From Eledone cirrhosa (taxonomy: Eukaryota): 64,000 bases of DNA. Where the stretch lies: positions 96,224,001-96,288,000 of the forward strand of contig OZ024742.1 in NCBI GenBank assembly GCA_964016885.1, in the 5' to 3' direction. This document shows positions 42,675-55,998 of the stretch, piece after piece; position 1 is the stretch's first letter; each line of letters begins with the position of its first letter. The notes under the pieces are model-generated. The model ran no database searches. It saw nothing but the letters and a program-made list of their open reading frames with translations, and was not told the DNA's origin. The position numbers and the translations under genes were made by a program.

Positions 42675-43937
42675 TCATCATCATCATCATCATCATCACC
42701 GTTTTACGTCCGTTCTTCCACGCTAGCATGGGTTAGACGGGTTGTCCTGTTGTGGGCAGTGTCTGGTCGGCTGACCATGCCTTGCTCATACAGGAACTGA
42801 TCTGGCTTGATTTCTACAGCTGGATGCCCTTCCTAACACCAACCTCATTTACAGTGAGTGCTGGGTGCTTTTTCGTGGCGCCTACACGTCCACTTTACAG
42901 TGTGGGCTGGGTGCTTTTTTGCCGTGGCACCTCCACGACCACCTTGCGGTGGGGGGGTGGGGGGGCATATTGTTTATATGCTTCAGCATGTACCCATGGG
43001 AGGTCGGGTACCCTGTATTACTGCGTGACGCCAGAAGTCACGGTCGTGTGTCATTGACTTTGAGAGGTGTAGTTGGGTAAGGTCGGCTTTTATCACCTCA
43101 TCCCAAGTCATCTTGGGTCTCCCCACTCCGCGGTTTCCATCAACTTCTAGTGCTCTGCACCTTTTTATGCAGCTGTCATCCTTCATACGCATCACATGTC
43201 CATACCAGCGTAACCGCCTCTCCTGCACGCAGCATTTGATTCCTCTTATGCTCAGTCTCTCTCTCAATTCATTTATGCTTTGTCGTTCACGTATATTACT
43301 GTTACACATCCATCGGAGCATGCAGGCTTCGTTTCTCTCTAATCTACGTAAGTCTTCCACCTTCAGCGCCCAGGTCTCACTACCATGCAACATCGCTGTT
43401 CGGATACACGCATCATACAGTCTGCCTTTCATTCTGAGGGAGAAGCCTTTTGCAGCTAGCAGTGGTAGTAGTTCCCTAAACTTCTTCCATCCCGTTCTTA
43501 CCCTAGTTATTGTACTTTCTGAGCACCCACCTCCGTTGCTAATTCGGTCACCTAGGTAGCAGAAGCTGTCTACTGTTTCTACAGGGCCCTCCCAGAGATT
43601 GGTGGTACTTGTTTCCTGTGGCTGTTTGCTTGCTGTTTCGGCACAGCTGCTGCATGTGAATCCTACATTCTTAATTAAGCTTCCTGAGATCCCGCTACAT
43701 CTCTTGTGTACCCATTGTTTGCATTTGGGGCAAAGAATGGAGTTCCTACCTACACCTTTCCTACATACTGAGCAAGGCCATTTCCCTGAGGGGATCTGGG
43801 TTCTGTTTTCTCGTCTACTTATAAGGACCTTAGTCTTTGTCATGTTGACTTTGAGGCCCTTTCTCTCTAGTCCCTGCTTCCAGGTTTGGAATTTATTCTC
43901 TAGTTCTACCATAGATTCAGCTATGAGTGCGAGGTCA
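42675..43937 (-). mobile_element. Young 5'-truncated RTE LINE, near-identical to 35831-37042
   Basis: The shared part of the ORF differs by only a few residues; offset 6861 bp. Confidence 0.92.
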
Positions 43938-44088
43938 TATGAACAAATCACCAACATGTGCTCCAAAACGAATTATCCACTCATGTGACTTAGCACCCAT
44001 TGAACAGTTTACAGGAAACAAGATCAGAAAATTGTATTGGCTTCTGTGCCTCTATCATTAAATCGATCGAATTTCTCCACTATATAAA

Positions 44089-44440
44089 CAGTGTACCCCC
44101 GGCATTTGTGGTCCTGGTTATTTGCAGAATTTTCCTTACAACCAAACTAATAATTGTTCATGAAAACCACCGCATATGTGTGGAATAGTAAATATTTTTC
44201 ACAATTTATTTCATGGCTTTTATCATGGTAATATATACTTTTTTAATGCTAAAGTATTTATAATATACCATATTTGCTGGCCTAGTGGACGCCCCTTCAC
44301 ATAAGATGCTTCTTTAATTATATTTTACATTATATTTTGATGTTTATAGGCATTTTTAGGACCACATCCAATATTCACAGTTTTTCACTATTTGCGGGTG
44401 CTCTAGGAATATAACCCAAACAAATACTGAGAAACAACTG
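44089..44440. mobile_element. Possible Tigger/pogo-like MITE
   Basis: Degenerate TIRs CAGTGTACCCCCGGCATTTG and CAAATACTGAGAAACAACTG, followed by TA. Confidence 0.4.
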
Positions 44441-45054
44441 TATATATAAATATATATATATACACACGCATATATAAGTTATTTAGGGTTTGAAAAATAT
44501 ATATAACTACAAAAGGTTTTTGTATATGCATAACCATAAATAGTATCCTTAATACACACACATATATATATATACACACATATATATATAATATATATAT
44601 ATATATACACACACACATATGTGTGTGTCTGTGTTTACAATAATAGTGCCAAATAGACAGTACTGTTTGTTTTTGTTCTGTAACTTAGGTGCTTGACAAT
44701 TAGAGACTGATAAAATGTTCCAAACTTTAGAAAATAAAAGTGATATTAATAGAATTAGCAAAAACTCTTGAAGGCAGTGCACCATCATAATCAAAGTCCA
44801 ATGACTGAAAACTGTAAAAGAATGAAAGAGTATATATATATTGTTGTATGTTTGAATTGAGAATTTTCAATGATCTGGATGGTGGGAATAATGAGGGGAG
44901 GGGTGTTGTGGGAGGGGGGGGGGGGGGTCTTGATGGTTCTTTTCTCTGTGTGTACTCATGTAAATATTTTGGAAAGCTCTAAACATTGATTTATATGAAG
45001 CCAGAATTTGATCTCCTAACTTAGTAATTTTATCATCATTATTAACACCAGCAT

Positions 45055-45174
45055 GTTTACAGCCATATCATGCTGAAAACACCGGTTCTCATCCGATCAC
45101 CGAAGTTAAGCAATGTCGAGCCTAGTTAGTACTTAGATGGGTGACCGCTTGGGAACCCTAGGTGCCGTAAGCAT
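45055..45174 (+). pseudogene. Full-length (120 nt) retroposed 5S rRNA copy
   Basis: GTTTACAGCCATATCATGCTGAAAACACCGGTTCTCATCCGATCACCGAAGTTAAGC...TTAGTACTTAGATGGGTGACCGCTTGGGAA...GTGCCGTAAGCAT. Followed by A9 rather than a T-run Pol III terminator; apparent CpG-type decay. Confidence 0.92.
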
Positions 45175-45183
45175 AAAAAAAAA

Positions 45184-45375
45184 GGGCAGTGAATTGGCAG
45201 TATCGGTAGAGGGTTGGACGCCATGCTTTCTAGCATAGTTACGTCCCTTTACAGTCTGAGTTCAAATCCCACCGAGGTTAACTTTGCCTTTCATCCTTAC
45301 GGGGTCGATAAAATAAAGTACCAGTAATGTACTGGGTAATTGCTAGCCTTGTGCCTAAAGTAGAAACAATTATTA
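45184..45375 (+). mobile_element. SINE family A fused to the 5S copy; a second partial copy at 45617-45730
   Basis: Begins GGGCAGTG exactly as the copy at 101 does. Confidence 0.9.
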
Positions 45376-48300
45376 TCACCAGCATTATCATTCTTATCAT
45401 CATTTCAAGCAACTCAACTACCACCACTATCGTCAACACAACCACCACTGTTGCCACCAGTAACAGTCTCATCCTCATCATCATCACCCCAATCACCAAC
45501 ACCTCCACCACCAACATCATTATCACTATCATCATTACTATGACTATCACCACTACCCCAACCATCAACATCATACCATCAACATCACCACCACCATTAT
45601 CATCATTATTTTTATCATTCAAATCCCGCCGAGGTTGACTTTGCCTTTCATCCTTACGGGGTCGATAAAATAAAGTACCAGTAATGCATTGGGTAATTGC
45701 TGGCCTTGAAGCCTAAAGTAGAAATAATTATTTTTATAATCACTATTGCCACCAACACCAACATCGTCATCATCAACACATCACCTCCACTATCATCACA
45801 ATCATCATCACCACCACCACCACCACTACCACAACCACAACCACCACAACTATCACAGATGTCATCGCCCACCATAAACATCATTGCCACTACCACCACC
45901 ACTATTTTCAAAACTATCATCATCATCATCATTGTCATCCTGATGTATTTGCAATGTTATACAATACAAGTGATAAAATCTGAGCTGCAATGCACCTTGG
46001 GATTACATCATTGTGTATACTGCAGTCTCTGGCCAGTTGCTAGATACAGGTAAAGTTTCATTACTTTGGAGATTTATCTGGAAAAAACTGATTGGAATCA
46101 TTCCAAACACTAAGGAATTAGCATAAGAATCTCTGTCACTCTTTCTTTCTTTCTCTCTTGCTCTTTCTCTCTCTCTATCCCTCTCATTCAATCTTTCTCT
46201 TTCTCTCTCTCTTTCTGTTTATGTGTGTGCCTTTGTGTGTATGTTTATGCATGTAACTGTGTATTTAGTTGTATATGTGAGTGTGAATCTATTTATGTAT
46301 GTTTGCACATGTATGTACATATGTATATATGTGCTCTTGTGTGCATGTAGTTGTTTGTCTGTGTGTGTATCTGTAATGTTTGTAAGTCTATGTATGTGTG
46401 TTTGCATGTGTGTGAGTGTCTCTACCTGTATGTCTGTGTTTCATTATGTTTCTGTTTACGTGTGCCTGTCCACGTGTGTGTGTCTTTGCATGTCTGTGTA
46501 TATATATAACTGTGTATGTGACTCATTCTGTGTCTGAGTGCGGATGTATGCACATATTTATTTGTTTTGTTGGTATGGCTGTGTGTTTGTGTGTATATGA
46601 GATTAAGAATAAAAGGTATTTACACATATATTTAATGTTTAGTTTGTAGCAATACTACAATAACTTAGTTCAAATTGTATTGAGGTCAGATTTGTCTTTT
46701 ATTTCTTCTTTGTTTAAATATTTCTATACCAACCTGCTGTGAATCACCTCTGGTTTTATAAGATAGACTCATACATAAAAATGTTCCTATTTAAATGAAA
46801 ATCTTGCAACATAATTTTATATAAGAACATTTTAACAATTGAAATAAAGTTAGTAAATTACTCCAAATTCTTCATTGATTAATTCAAATTCAGTGAATAT
46901 AATCAGCTATATGGTAACAAAAGTTCTGACATCTCCCACCACTTGGTTCATAGGTGCATTTACTAGAGTCTACTTTGTTGTAAACGATCAAACCAGGTAC
47001 CAAGTCCAAGGATAATTTCCTATCTGTCTTTCATCAGCCATGCAAACCCTAAAATATTTACAGGTGCTGCTCTTCATTCTCATACTAAAAATGGAAAGAA
47101 TCTGATCCTCAGATTAAACAAGCAAACAATATTTTCATTGGTTGTTCCAGTGTTTATACTATCTTTCAGTCTCAACTCCTGGCAGAAGGAGTTAAATTTT
47201 AAATTTGGTATGGTGATCTTTTAACAATTCTGCCAATCAATCAGCCCTAGACGGGTACTTTATTTATTTACCCTAAAAGGATGAAAAGCAAGTTGATTTT
47301 AGCAGTATTTGATCTCCGCACACAGTGTGCCAAGATAAATAGCAATTTATTTAGTTTGATTCCCTAACAATTCTGCTAATTCCTTGCCTTACAAACCTAC
47401 AGGTAAATGGACCATCATCAGTTTTGATGATGAGCATTTAGTCCTTCAATCAACCTTGCATTAGCTTTTAATTGGCAAAGTATTCCACTGGTACTTTTAT
47501 ATTTGACATAATTCTATGGCTGAATAGACAGCAAATTGTTAGTCATTAGAATGTCAAATAGAATACTTTGAGGTATTTATTTTTGCTCCTTACTCTCTGA
47601 GTTCAAAACCCACTGAGATCAACTTTGTCATTCCTTGTTTTCAAAGTTGATAAAAAAACTACCAGTCTAGTACTAGGATCGATTCTTTTTCTATATCTCC
47701 TAACTTATATGTTCTTCTCTGGAAGAAATTGATTGTGTTCAGAACTGGAAAGTTGATGGGCTGCACCAGGTTTAAAGTGCCCAAATCATGTTGAATGCCT
47801 CCAGAGTACACCTATCACTCCAACAGAACTTGCATACATACAATTCTAAGGCTGTATCTACCAGGTTATCTGCTTCTTGAAACATTGCATGATGATGGGG
47901 ATTAAACCTCAAACACTAGCAGATTAGTTGAAAGCCACTGGCTGATGATTCTCAAAATAGGGATGGACTGTACAATTCCAGGTGCCTATGGCCTCATATT
48001 GATTGATGCACAGGATGCTCATATATACCATGACTCTTTGTTATTTTTGATACTGATGTGCCTCAGAATGCCTGTGGTTCTATGGTACAACCTTTATATT
48101 TTAGAGTGTTCATTGTCATCATTCTTTATATGTTTTCCATGCTAGCATAGGTTAAACAGGATTCAGAGCCACTCATCATTTGTGGTCATCAGGCAACAGC
48201 TTATGCCAGTTTTTGTGGCATTAAGCAACTTAGGACACAAGATGTCCCACTGGACAGGAGAATAGTCTGTTGCAAGTTTAACTCCCACCTGCTGTTGTTG

Positions 48301-49619
48301 GTATTCATCTTTTTCAGCTTAGTGGACTGGAACAATATGCAGCCTGGCCCATAAATCAAACCCATGACCTTATGATTGTTGGCTCAATACCATAACCTTG
48401 CACTCTCACCACCTTTCCACATGTTACAATCCTGTGTTATGTGGCTCTCACAGCAACAAGGAAAAAATAGTTATCTTTGTTGGGTATATCATGTTGTTTA
48501 TGGTGGAATGCCTTTCCTCTCAGCAACCATTTTATAGTATGGTCTAGGTGGATTTTATCACACCATTGACGCATATGAATTAAAATACCCCATCATAATT
48601 TTCAGTAAGAACTTTTTAAGTTATGTTCCAAACATCACTTTAATAATTATGAAATTAGTTATGTTAATCTCATCCATATTGTTGGCTTTTTCAAAATCAT
48701 TTCAAACACACAAGCAGTGTATTTTATTAAAATACAGTAAAAAAAATTGTTAAAGATTTATGAGAACAACTTATAAAATTGAATTCCTACTTAAACTAAA
48801 AGCTATATCCAGAAAAGGAAAATTGATATATAATCTATTTGAACCTGTCACACAGTAATGATGTAGAAAATAGGATTGCAAGGAAAACGTTAGCTGAACT
48901 TAATAAACAGTTTCTCTCTGCTTACCATAACTGCTATAAAATATTTAATCGAAATACTGTAAAGGACAGCTCTAACAGCATGCTGAAGGAAGAAAGTTAA
49001 AGAAGGAAAATACATAACTATATTATACTCAGAGAATCAACCACCCACACACCATAGATTTCAAATGTAACTGTAAATGTTGAACTAGTGTCAACTTAAT
49101 AACAGCGAGAGTTTAACCTTTTTGATACCAAACTGCCCCTGGTTCTATGCTACAAAACTATTTATTTTAAAATGTTTGTAAATGCTTAGACATTTACTGT
49201 TGTTGTTTAGCTCCAGCTACAACCAGATTGAACAGACATATAATTCTGTGGAATTATATTTCAGATATAACACTGTCAACTAGTTTAGGACAAGGTTAAA
49301 ATGTTTGTAGCAGAGGGACTGTTAAATTGACATATATTATGTGACTATGTATTTCATTAAACCTGATAACACTGCAATTTGAACTTATAACTGTGAACTA
49401 AATGAATAAAACCATATAAGGGATTTAGTCCAGTGTTCTGCATCTCTGAATAGATATACCCTGTTGATAAAAAGTTTATTTGACACAAATATGATACTGG
49501 GATAGATCCCACTGTATATTACTTTGGGAAAATGTCTTCTATCATAGACTGGGGTCGGACAATAGCTTTTGAGAAGATTTACATAGATGAATTACATAGA
49601 TCTGTAAGGAAGCCCAAAA

Positions 49620-49652
<33 letters not shown>

Positions 49653-49909
49653 CTTTTAATAATGTATATCAGTGAAGGAGAGAAACAGACAAGAAAATCA
49701 GAAAACCAATGTTTTCGAAACTTAAACCCTTACAATGTTTATTCTTTATCAAGTGGACTCTTCCTTGTTACTATCTCACCATCAAACATGAAATTAACCA
49801 GTGATTGGTTCATTGAAAACCAGTAAACAATCAGGCTCATCCTCATCAGCTGTACTATGAAATAAAAATACAAAAATATATCCCAGCAGTTGATTAAAAC
49901 TAGCTCACC

Positions 49910-51138
49910 ACTTAATGACCATTTTCCATGTCAGTATGAGTTAGATGAGTTGGCCTATTGTGATACAAGCCAGGTCAGGTGTTAGGGCATGAGTGAGGTG
50001 TTACAACATGGGAGGTGTATGGAAGGGGTGATGGAGGGGAAGGTGGTGCATAGTAGATATAAGTTTCAATCCATGCATGTGGGAGGTGTATGGGTGGGTT
50101 GATGGCAGGGAAGGTGGTGCATACTAGATGTATGCTTCAACCTGTACAGGTGGAGAAGCAGGTCTTCTGTATTACTGCATAAAGCCAGAGATCACGGTCC
50201 TGTGTCTTTACCTTTGAGAGGTGTAATTGTGCAAAGTCAGCTTTTATCACCTCATCCCAAGTCTTACTATGTCTTCCTCTTCCATAACTTCCATCATCTT
50301 TGAACACTCTGCACTTTTTTATACAGCTGTCATCCTTCAAACACATCACATGTCCATACCAATGCCATCTCCTTGCCTGCACACTGTATCTGATCCCACT
50401 TATGCCCATTTTTTCTCTCAGTTCATTTATGCTTTGCTGTTCATGTATATTACTATTAAACATCCATCAAAGCATAGAAGCTTCATTTCTTTCCAATCTT
50501 CGCAGGTCCTCTGCATACAGCACCTAGATCTCACTACTATGTAACATTGCTCTTTGTATCCACACAATGTACAACCTGCCCTTCATTTTGAGGGAAACAC
50601 CTTTTGTAGTTAGTAGTGGTAGTAGCTTACTAATCTTTCTCCATTCCATTCTCACTCTGGCTACTGTGCTTTTGGAGCACCCTCCTCCACTGCTAGTTTG
50701 GTCACCCAGTTAATAGAGACTATCTCCTACTTCTACAGAGCCTTCTGGGCATTTGAAGGAGCTAGTATCATGTGAGCTCTTGCTACATACAATACCTGTG
50801 CACTTATAAAACCTACATTTTTGCTAGCCTGCCTGAGATCCTGCTATATCTCTTTTGTGCCCATAGTTTGCATTTGGGACATAGGATGGAATTTCTATGA
50901 ACTCCTTTTCTACATACTGAGCAAGACGATTTCCCAGAGGGAATCTAGGCCCTGTTTTCATTTCTACATACTAGGACTTTGGTCTTTGACAAGTTAACTT
51001 TAAGAAATTTTGATTCTAGGCTATGCTTCCAGGTTTAGAATTTCTTCTCTAATTCTGCCATAGATTCAGCTATGAGGGTTAGGTCATCTGCACACAGAAG
51101 CTCCCATGGGCAGTCAGTCTTAAGCTCTTCTATTACAA
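49910..51138 (-). mobile_element. Older RTE LINE (PHD-containing family), 5'-truncated
   Basis: CADDL, Cys cluster, WYGHVM, KTWDEVIK; frameshifted. Confidence 0.85.
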
Positions 51139-51406
51139 TGGTGGTTATTGTGCTAGATTTGTCAATAGTTACAACATATTTTGTGTTTCAGTGTTTTGAT
51201 TGGTCTACATGTGTATGGTGGTGTGAGAGGATGGGAGTGAGGGAAATGGGAGATGATTAAAGTTAAATGAAAAATGTAGTCTGGAGGAAACATGTTTTTT
51301 TTCTACATGAGGAGTAATGTAGAATAATGGACATAGTTGGAGAGAAACACAAGAGTCTTACATTATTTTGAAGGATGAATGAGGAATAGGTTCCTATTGT
51401 ATCTTC

Positions 51407-51600
51407 AGTGGATTGGCAGTATCGGTAGAGGGTCGGACGCCATGCTTTCCCGCATAGTTACGTCCCTTTACGATCTGAGTTCAAATCCCGCCAAGGTTGA
51501 CTTTGCCTTTCATCCTTACGGGGTCGATAAAATAAAGTACCAGTAATGCACTGGATAATTGCTGGCCTTGTGCCTAAAGTAGAAACAATTATGATTATAA
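51407..51600 (+). mobile_element. SINE family A
   Basis: Near-identical to the 37653 copy. Confidence 0.9.
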
Positions 51601-51763
51601 GCATATATGAAGTGTGAGGAGTGTGGAGGTGGAAGGTGATGAAAGAAAGCATAAGGTATTGTTTTTTTTGTTTTTCTCTAAATTGGAAAAGAAGAGATAT
51701 GAAGAGAAAATGACTAAAGAGAAACAAAAAAAGTAGTTGGGGGAAGAGAAACAAATATAGATA

Positions 51764-52165
51764 TCATCATCGTTTTTATGTTTGATTTTTCTACTCTTGG
51801 GTTCGACAGGTCCTCTGAGCACAGCATCTCACCATTCAGTGAGTTCCTTCATGATCCCCTCTCAGCGATTTGAGGTCAGCTCTCACCATCTCTGCTATGG
51901 CTTCCTTCTCATGGGATTTCTTGGCACCTCTTCATCCATCAATCATCATCGATGCACATCACATGTCTGAACCAATGCAGGCTTCTCTCCTTCTCACCAC
52001 CTCAGAATACTCTGAGACCCAGGTTCTCCCTCAGCTTGTTCAAGCTCTGCCTTTCTCTCACAACTACATTGTTCATCTAACGAATCATGGTTGCTTCATT
52101 TCTCTCCGGTCTACATACATCTTCTGCAGTGCAGTCACAGCCTATGGTTCATTACTATGCAGCAT
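51764..52165 (-). mobile_element. Old RTE LINE 3' fragment
   Basis: Similar to 29400-29830. Confidence 0.65.
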
Positions 52166-52179
52166 CACACTTCACACAC

Positions 52180-52228
<49 letters not shown>

Positions 52229-52372
52229 TAAATAAATATACACAGGTGTGTATGATTGTGTATAGAAGATTATATTAATAAAAGGAATTCCAACTTTGTC
52301 TTATTTACTCGTTTTATTTACAATCCTTCAAAATTATAATGGTATTAGAATGAAATTAAATTAAGTGTTAAT

Positions 52373-52411
52373 TGAACAAGTACTTTCATGTTTTCGCAAT
52401 CTTCAGGTTCA
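52373..52411 (-). ncRNA. Minimal type I hammerhead-like ribozyme
   Basis: TGAAC-CTGAAGA-TTGCGAAAACAT-GAAA-GTAC-TT-GTTCA. Perfect 5-bp stem I, canonical CUGANGA/GAAA core, palindromic stem III AGTACT, weak stem II, AATAAA downstream. Confidence 0.55.
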
Positions 52412-52801
52412 TATTCTGTGGTGACAGTCAAGTTTGCAATTTTCAACTGTCCATATATATATATATATGCACATATACATACTTATAAAATTACCTAATT
52501 TAACTTCCATCCCAAGTGTAGTTTTGCCATTTTATATGCAGCTTCGATACTTTATGATATCCATAGCTGTGATGCAATAGCTTTTCAAGTGAACTCTAAA
52601 TCTAAGAAAAAAATTATTTCAATTGATAATTGCCAGTGACATTTCAAAAGGGAAAAATATCATATGGATTATGAAAAAGATGGACTATTGGTGAGTAACA
52701 GAGCTGCTAGAAAACGCAGTCTATTTTAGCATAATGTTTTACTCAATGGTAAGGGAGTATAAACTAAATTATTGAAGATACATACATACATATATGTATA
52801 T

Positions 52802-52998
52802 ATAGGAAAAGAGTCATGATCCCGACAGCAGAGCTCAAGCCGTTTCGATGGCTATTTCAGTCCAGAAATAGCTGTCGAAATGGCTTGAGCTCTGCCGTCG
52901 GGGTCCTGACTCTGTTCCTATTCCCCACTCTACTACCCAAAGAATCGAGTACTCTGGTGTGTTATGATCCATCCGGTTTCTTACCACACTTCCTTCGC
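52802..52998. mobile_element. Asymmetric hairpin element in (TA)n
   Basis: ~57-bp arms spanning 52802-52921 with GTTTCG/CGAAA, plus a unique extension to the right (TA)n. Same family as 25100-25283. Confidence 0.8.
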
Positions 52999-53030
<32 letters not shown>

Positions 53031-54911
53031 TGACCTGTGTTAGGATGCTTTTCATTGATTTGGGTTGTCTTTTGCTCTTTATGATGTGCATTTGAAGGAT
53101 TTAATTCTTTAGTTTCAGGTGTCTATCACGACTACAGTCGAGGTCAACACCAAGAATATAGAACAAGCTAGTTCTCCTCTGCTACTTTCAAAACCACTGC
53201 TGCAGTTATAGTCAACACCACGAAGAAGGAGAGAAAGAGAGAAAGCAATAAACAAAAATGTGAACTCTTCTATATGTATGTAAGTAAACCATGTTATCTT
53301 ATACCATATTCTTATTAATATACAACTTAACTCCATTATAAATTTTATTATACATTTCCATAGCATGACCAAGCCCACGTGGCTGAAACCGGTATGATAA
53401 ATTCCTTTTTTGTAAATAAATGTTTTGCTGTTATTCTATGAGAAAATCCCATTAGCATTTTCTACTGTTTTTTTTTTTTTTACTATTATATATATATCAA
53501 CTTGTGTGTCACCTCTCAACATTCTAAATATATATATATATATACATTCATCTTCATGGACAGAAGAAAAATCTTTTCTCTATTATTAGTTCATATTTGG
53601 TGTAATTTCTAACTAATTTTGGTTGAAAACAAAAAATATAAAAAATATATATCATGAGAAAAATATTTGAAAAATTACATTTTTTGTCACATTTATCTTG
53701 GAATATGAAATGAAATTATCTTGTGTCTTGTCTCTTACGTCATGTATGCACTTGGTTCTGTCTCTTTGTATCTCTTGCTTTTTTTGCTCTCTTTCTCATT
53801 TCACCTCTTTCTCTTCATCTCTTTCTCTTTCTCTCACTCTCTCTCCCTATCTCCCATCTCTTGCTCTCTCTCTCTCTCTGTCCATCTCTTGCTCTCTCTC
53901 TCTCTGTCCATCTCTTGCTCTCTCACTGTCTATCACTTTTCTCTACCTTTTTTTTACCCATGGCTGTCTTGTCCTCTATCTCTGTCTCCCATTCCCTCTT
54001 TCTTTCTCCTTTCCACCCACACTCCCTGCAGCATTTCACTGCCTCCTCTTGCTCTTTTTCCTACACCCTCTCCCTCTTGCCCTCATTCTCTATCTCACTC
54101 TTCCTTTCTTTCTTTTCTCCTACTCTCTCTATCTCTTCCTTGTTCCCTCACTTCCTGTATCTCCTTCTCCTTATCCCCCATTTCCCACCTATTCATCTCA
54201 ATTCTCTTCTTCATCCCATCTTTCCCAGAATCATTTCATTGTCATCTCAATTATTTCACAAATTGACTTCACTAATTCACAATTTTGATGGTTGTTATCC
54301 TGTGTTGACTTCACACAGATATCTACCTGACCACAAATTAATTGCAGTCATTGTTGTGTACATGAGTGTGTGTGTGGGGGAAGGAAGGAGCTGGAGGCAA
54401 GGTATTATTTATTTTTGATTTTGTCTTTCTGGTTATAGTGAATGGGTGGGAAGTGTCTGTATTTAACATTATTTTTGTGGTTGTTGTTGTTGGGTGTGAT
54501 ATATTTTTGCTGTTATTGTTCTTCATATGTTTTCTACATCCTTTTTTCTTCATTTTTCCTTCTTTTTCCTATACTTTATTTTTTTTCTTTTCTCTTAGGT
54601 TTTATTTATTCTTCTATTTCCAACTCATATGATCACCATCATATGTCTATTTCTCAATTTTCTTGTATTTTATTGTAGTTTTGGCGTTTATGTTTTTTTA
54701 CTGTTTAGTCAGGGAGAGAAGGTCAGTCCCCCTGACTCTTTTCAGGGCCTCTGAATAATGGTCTAGAGAGAACTGACAAACCAGCTTGAAGATTGACATT
54801 TCTGAATCAAGTAAATCGGTGGAAGGAAGTTCTCTCCAAATTGGAGACTTAGTCTGATTGGTAATGACACCAACAAATGAAAAGAAAATAGTCTAAAATC
54901 TGTTTGGAGCT

Positions 54912-55168
54912 CAGGGACTCATTAGATCAGTGCTTATCCTGGTTTCCATGGTGTGAGGCAACTGAGAGTACAAGACTACTCCCTGGACTGGATGCCAGCC
55001 CATCACAGAGGTAAACCTCAAGCTATAGCTGGTACTCATTTTCAGCTGTGTGTAGTGGAGCAATGAGAAATGAAGTGTTTTTCTTAAGAACACAACACAC
55101 AATCCAGTCCTGGAATCAAACCCATGACATTATGATCTTAAGTCCAACACCCTTACCACTAGGCCATG
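54912..55168 (-). mobile_element. Older tRNA-SINE
   Basis: Reverse-complement head TGGCCTAGTGGTAAGGG...GGTTTGATTCC and core CTTAAGAAAAACACTTCATTTC. A relative lies at ~48170-48400. Confidence 0.7.
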
Positions 55169-55953
55169 AATGAAGTAGTTGTGTTAAATCAGACAATGGA
55201 TTCATCTTTACTTCTATCAGTTATGATTCCTTCTTTAATGGCTTCAGTCACTGGACAATGACCTTGCTGGAGCACTACCATCAAGGATTTCAGTCAATTA
55301 TATTGTTTAATATTGTTCAATTATAGTGTTTAATTCATCATTTCCTTAAAGTAGAATATGCAAAGTGAAAAATGGTGAAAAAGGAAATAACTTAGGTTTT
55401 AAGTGCCCTTGTGCCAGTAGTTTGCATGTAAAACTCAGATTTGCTGCTTTCTTCTAATGTAGCACTCACATTTTATAGATGCCATTGAGCTTATTAAATA
55501 CTGGAACAAGAACTTTAGCACTATAATGTGCAGGTTTTAAAGGTTAGGGCAAATTTTGACAATTTACTTTAATCTAATCTTAATTCAAAAATATCAATTT
55601 TATAAAACTAACAATTTTCAAGATGGTTTGTCAGTTCTCTATAGACTATTGTTGACTTTAAACGTTCTGTTTCACATAAAACTACATAAGACATTCTTGA
55701 AAAGTAAAAACAGTTCAATGATCATAAATATGTATCATTATGTATTAAAGTTATGTATCATAATGTATCATTATAAATTAAAGTCTTTACTGCAAATTTT
55801 CACAACTGTTGTGTCCAGTAGTAAATATATTATAAACATTGAAATAATGGACATGCTTTTAGATATTTTCTACTAACTCTTTACAGGTTATTAAGAGTTA
55901 AATCAAGGTTCATTCTTTATATTATACCTTTCATCCATTGCCTCAGATTTACA

Positions 55954-55992
<39 letters not shown>

Positions 55993-55998
<6 letters not shown>

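Noticed and set aside
45055-45174. Functional 5S rRNA gene
   Set aside because: Solitary copy, A-tail instead of oligo-T terminator, stem-disrupting transitions, and enclosed by a TSD.
53698-54418. Leu/Ser/Phe-rich, membrane-like ORFs (also at 26.4-27.5 kb)
   Set aside because: CT-rich low-complexity DNA, open in all frames.
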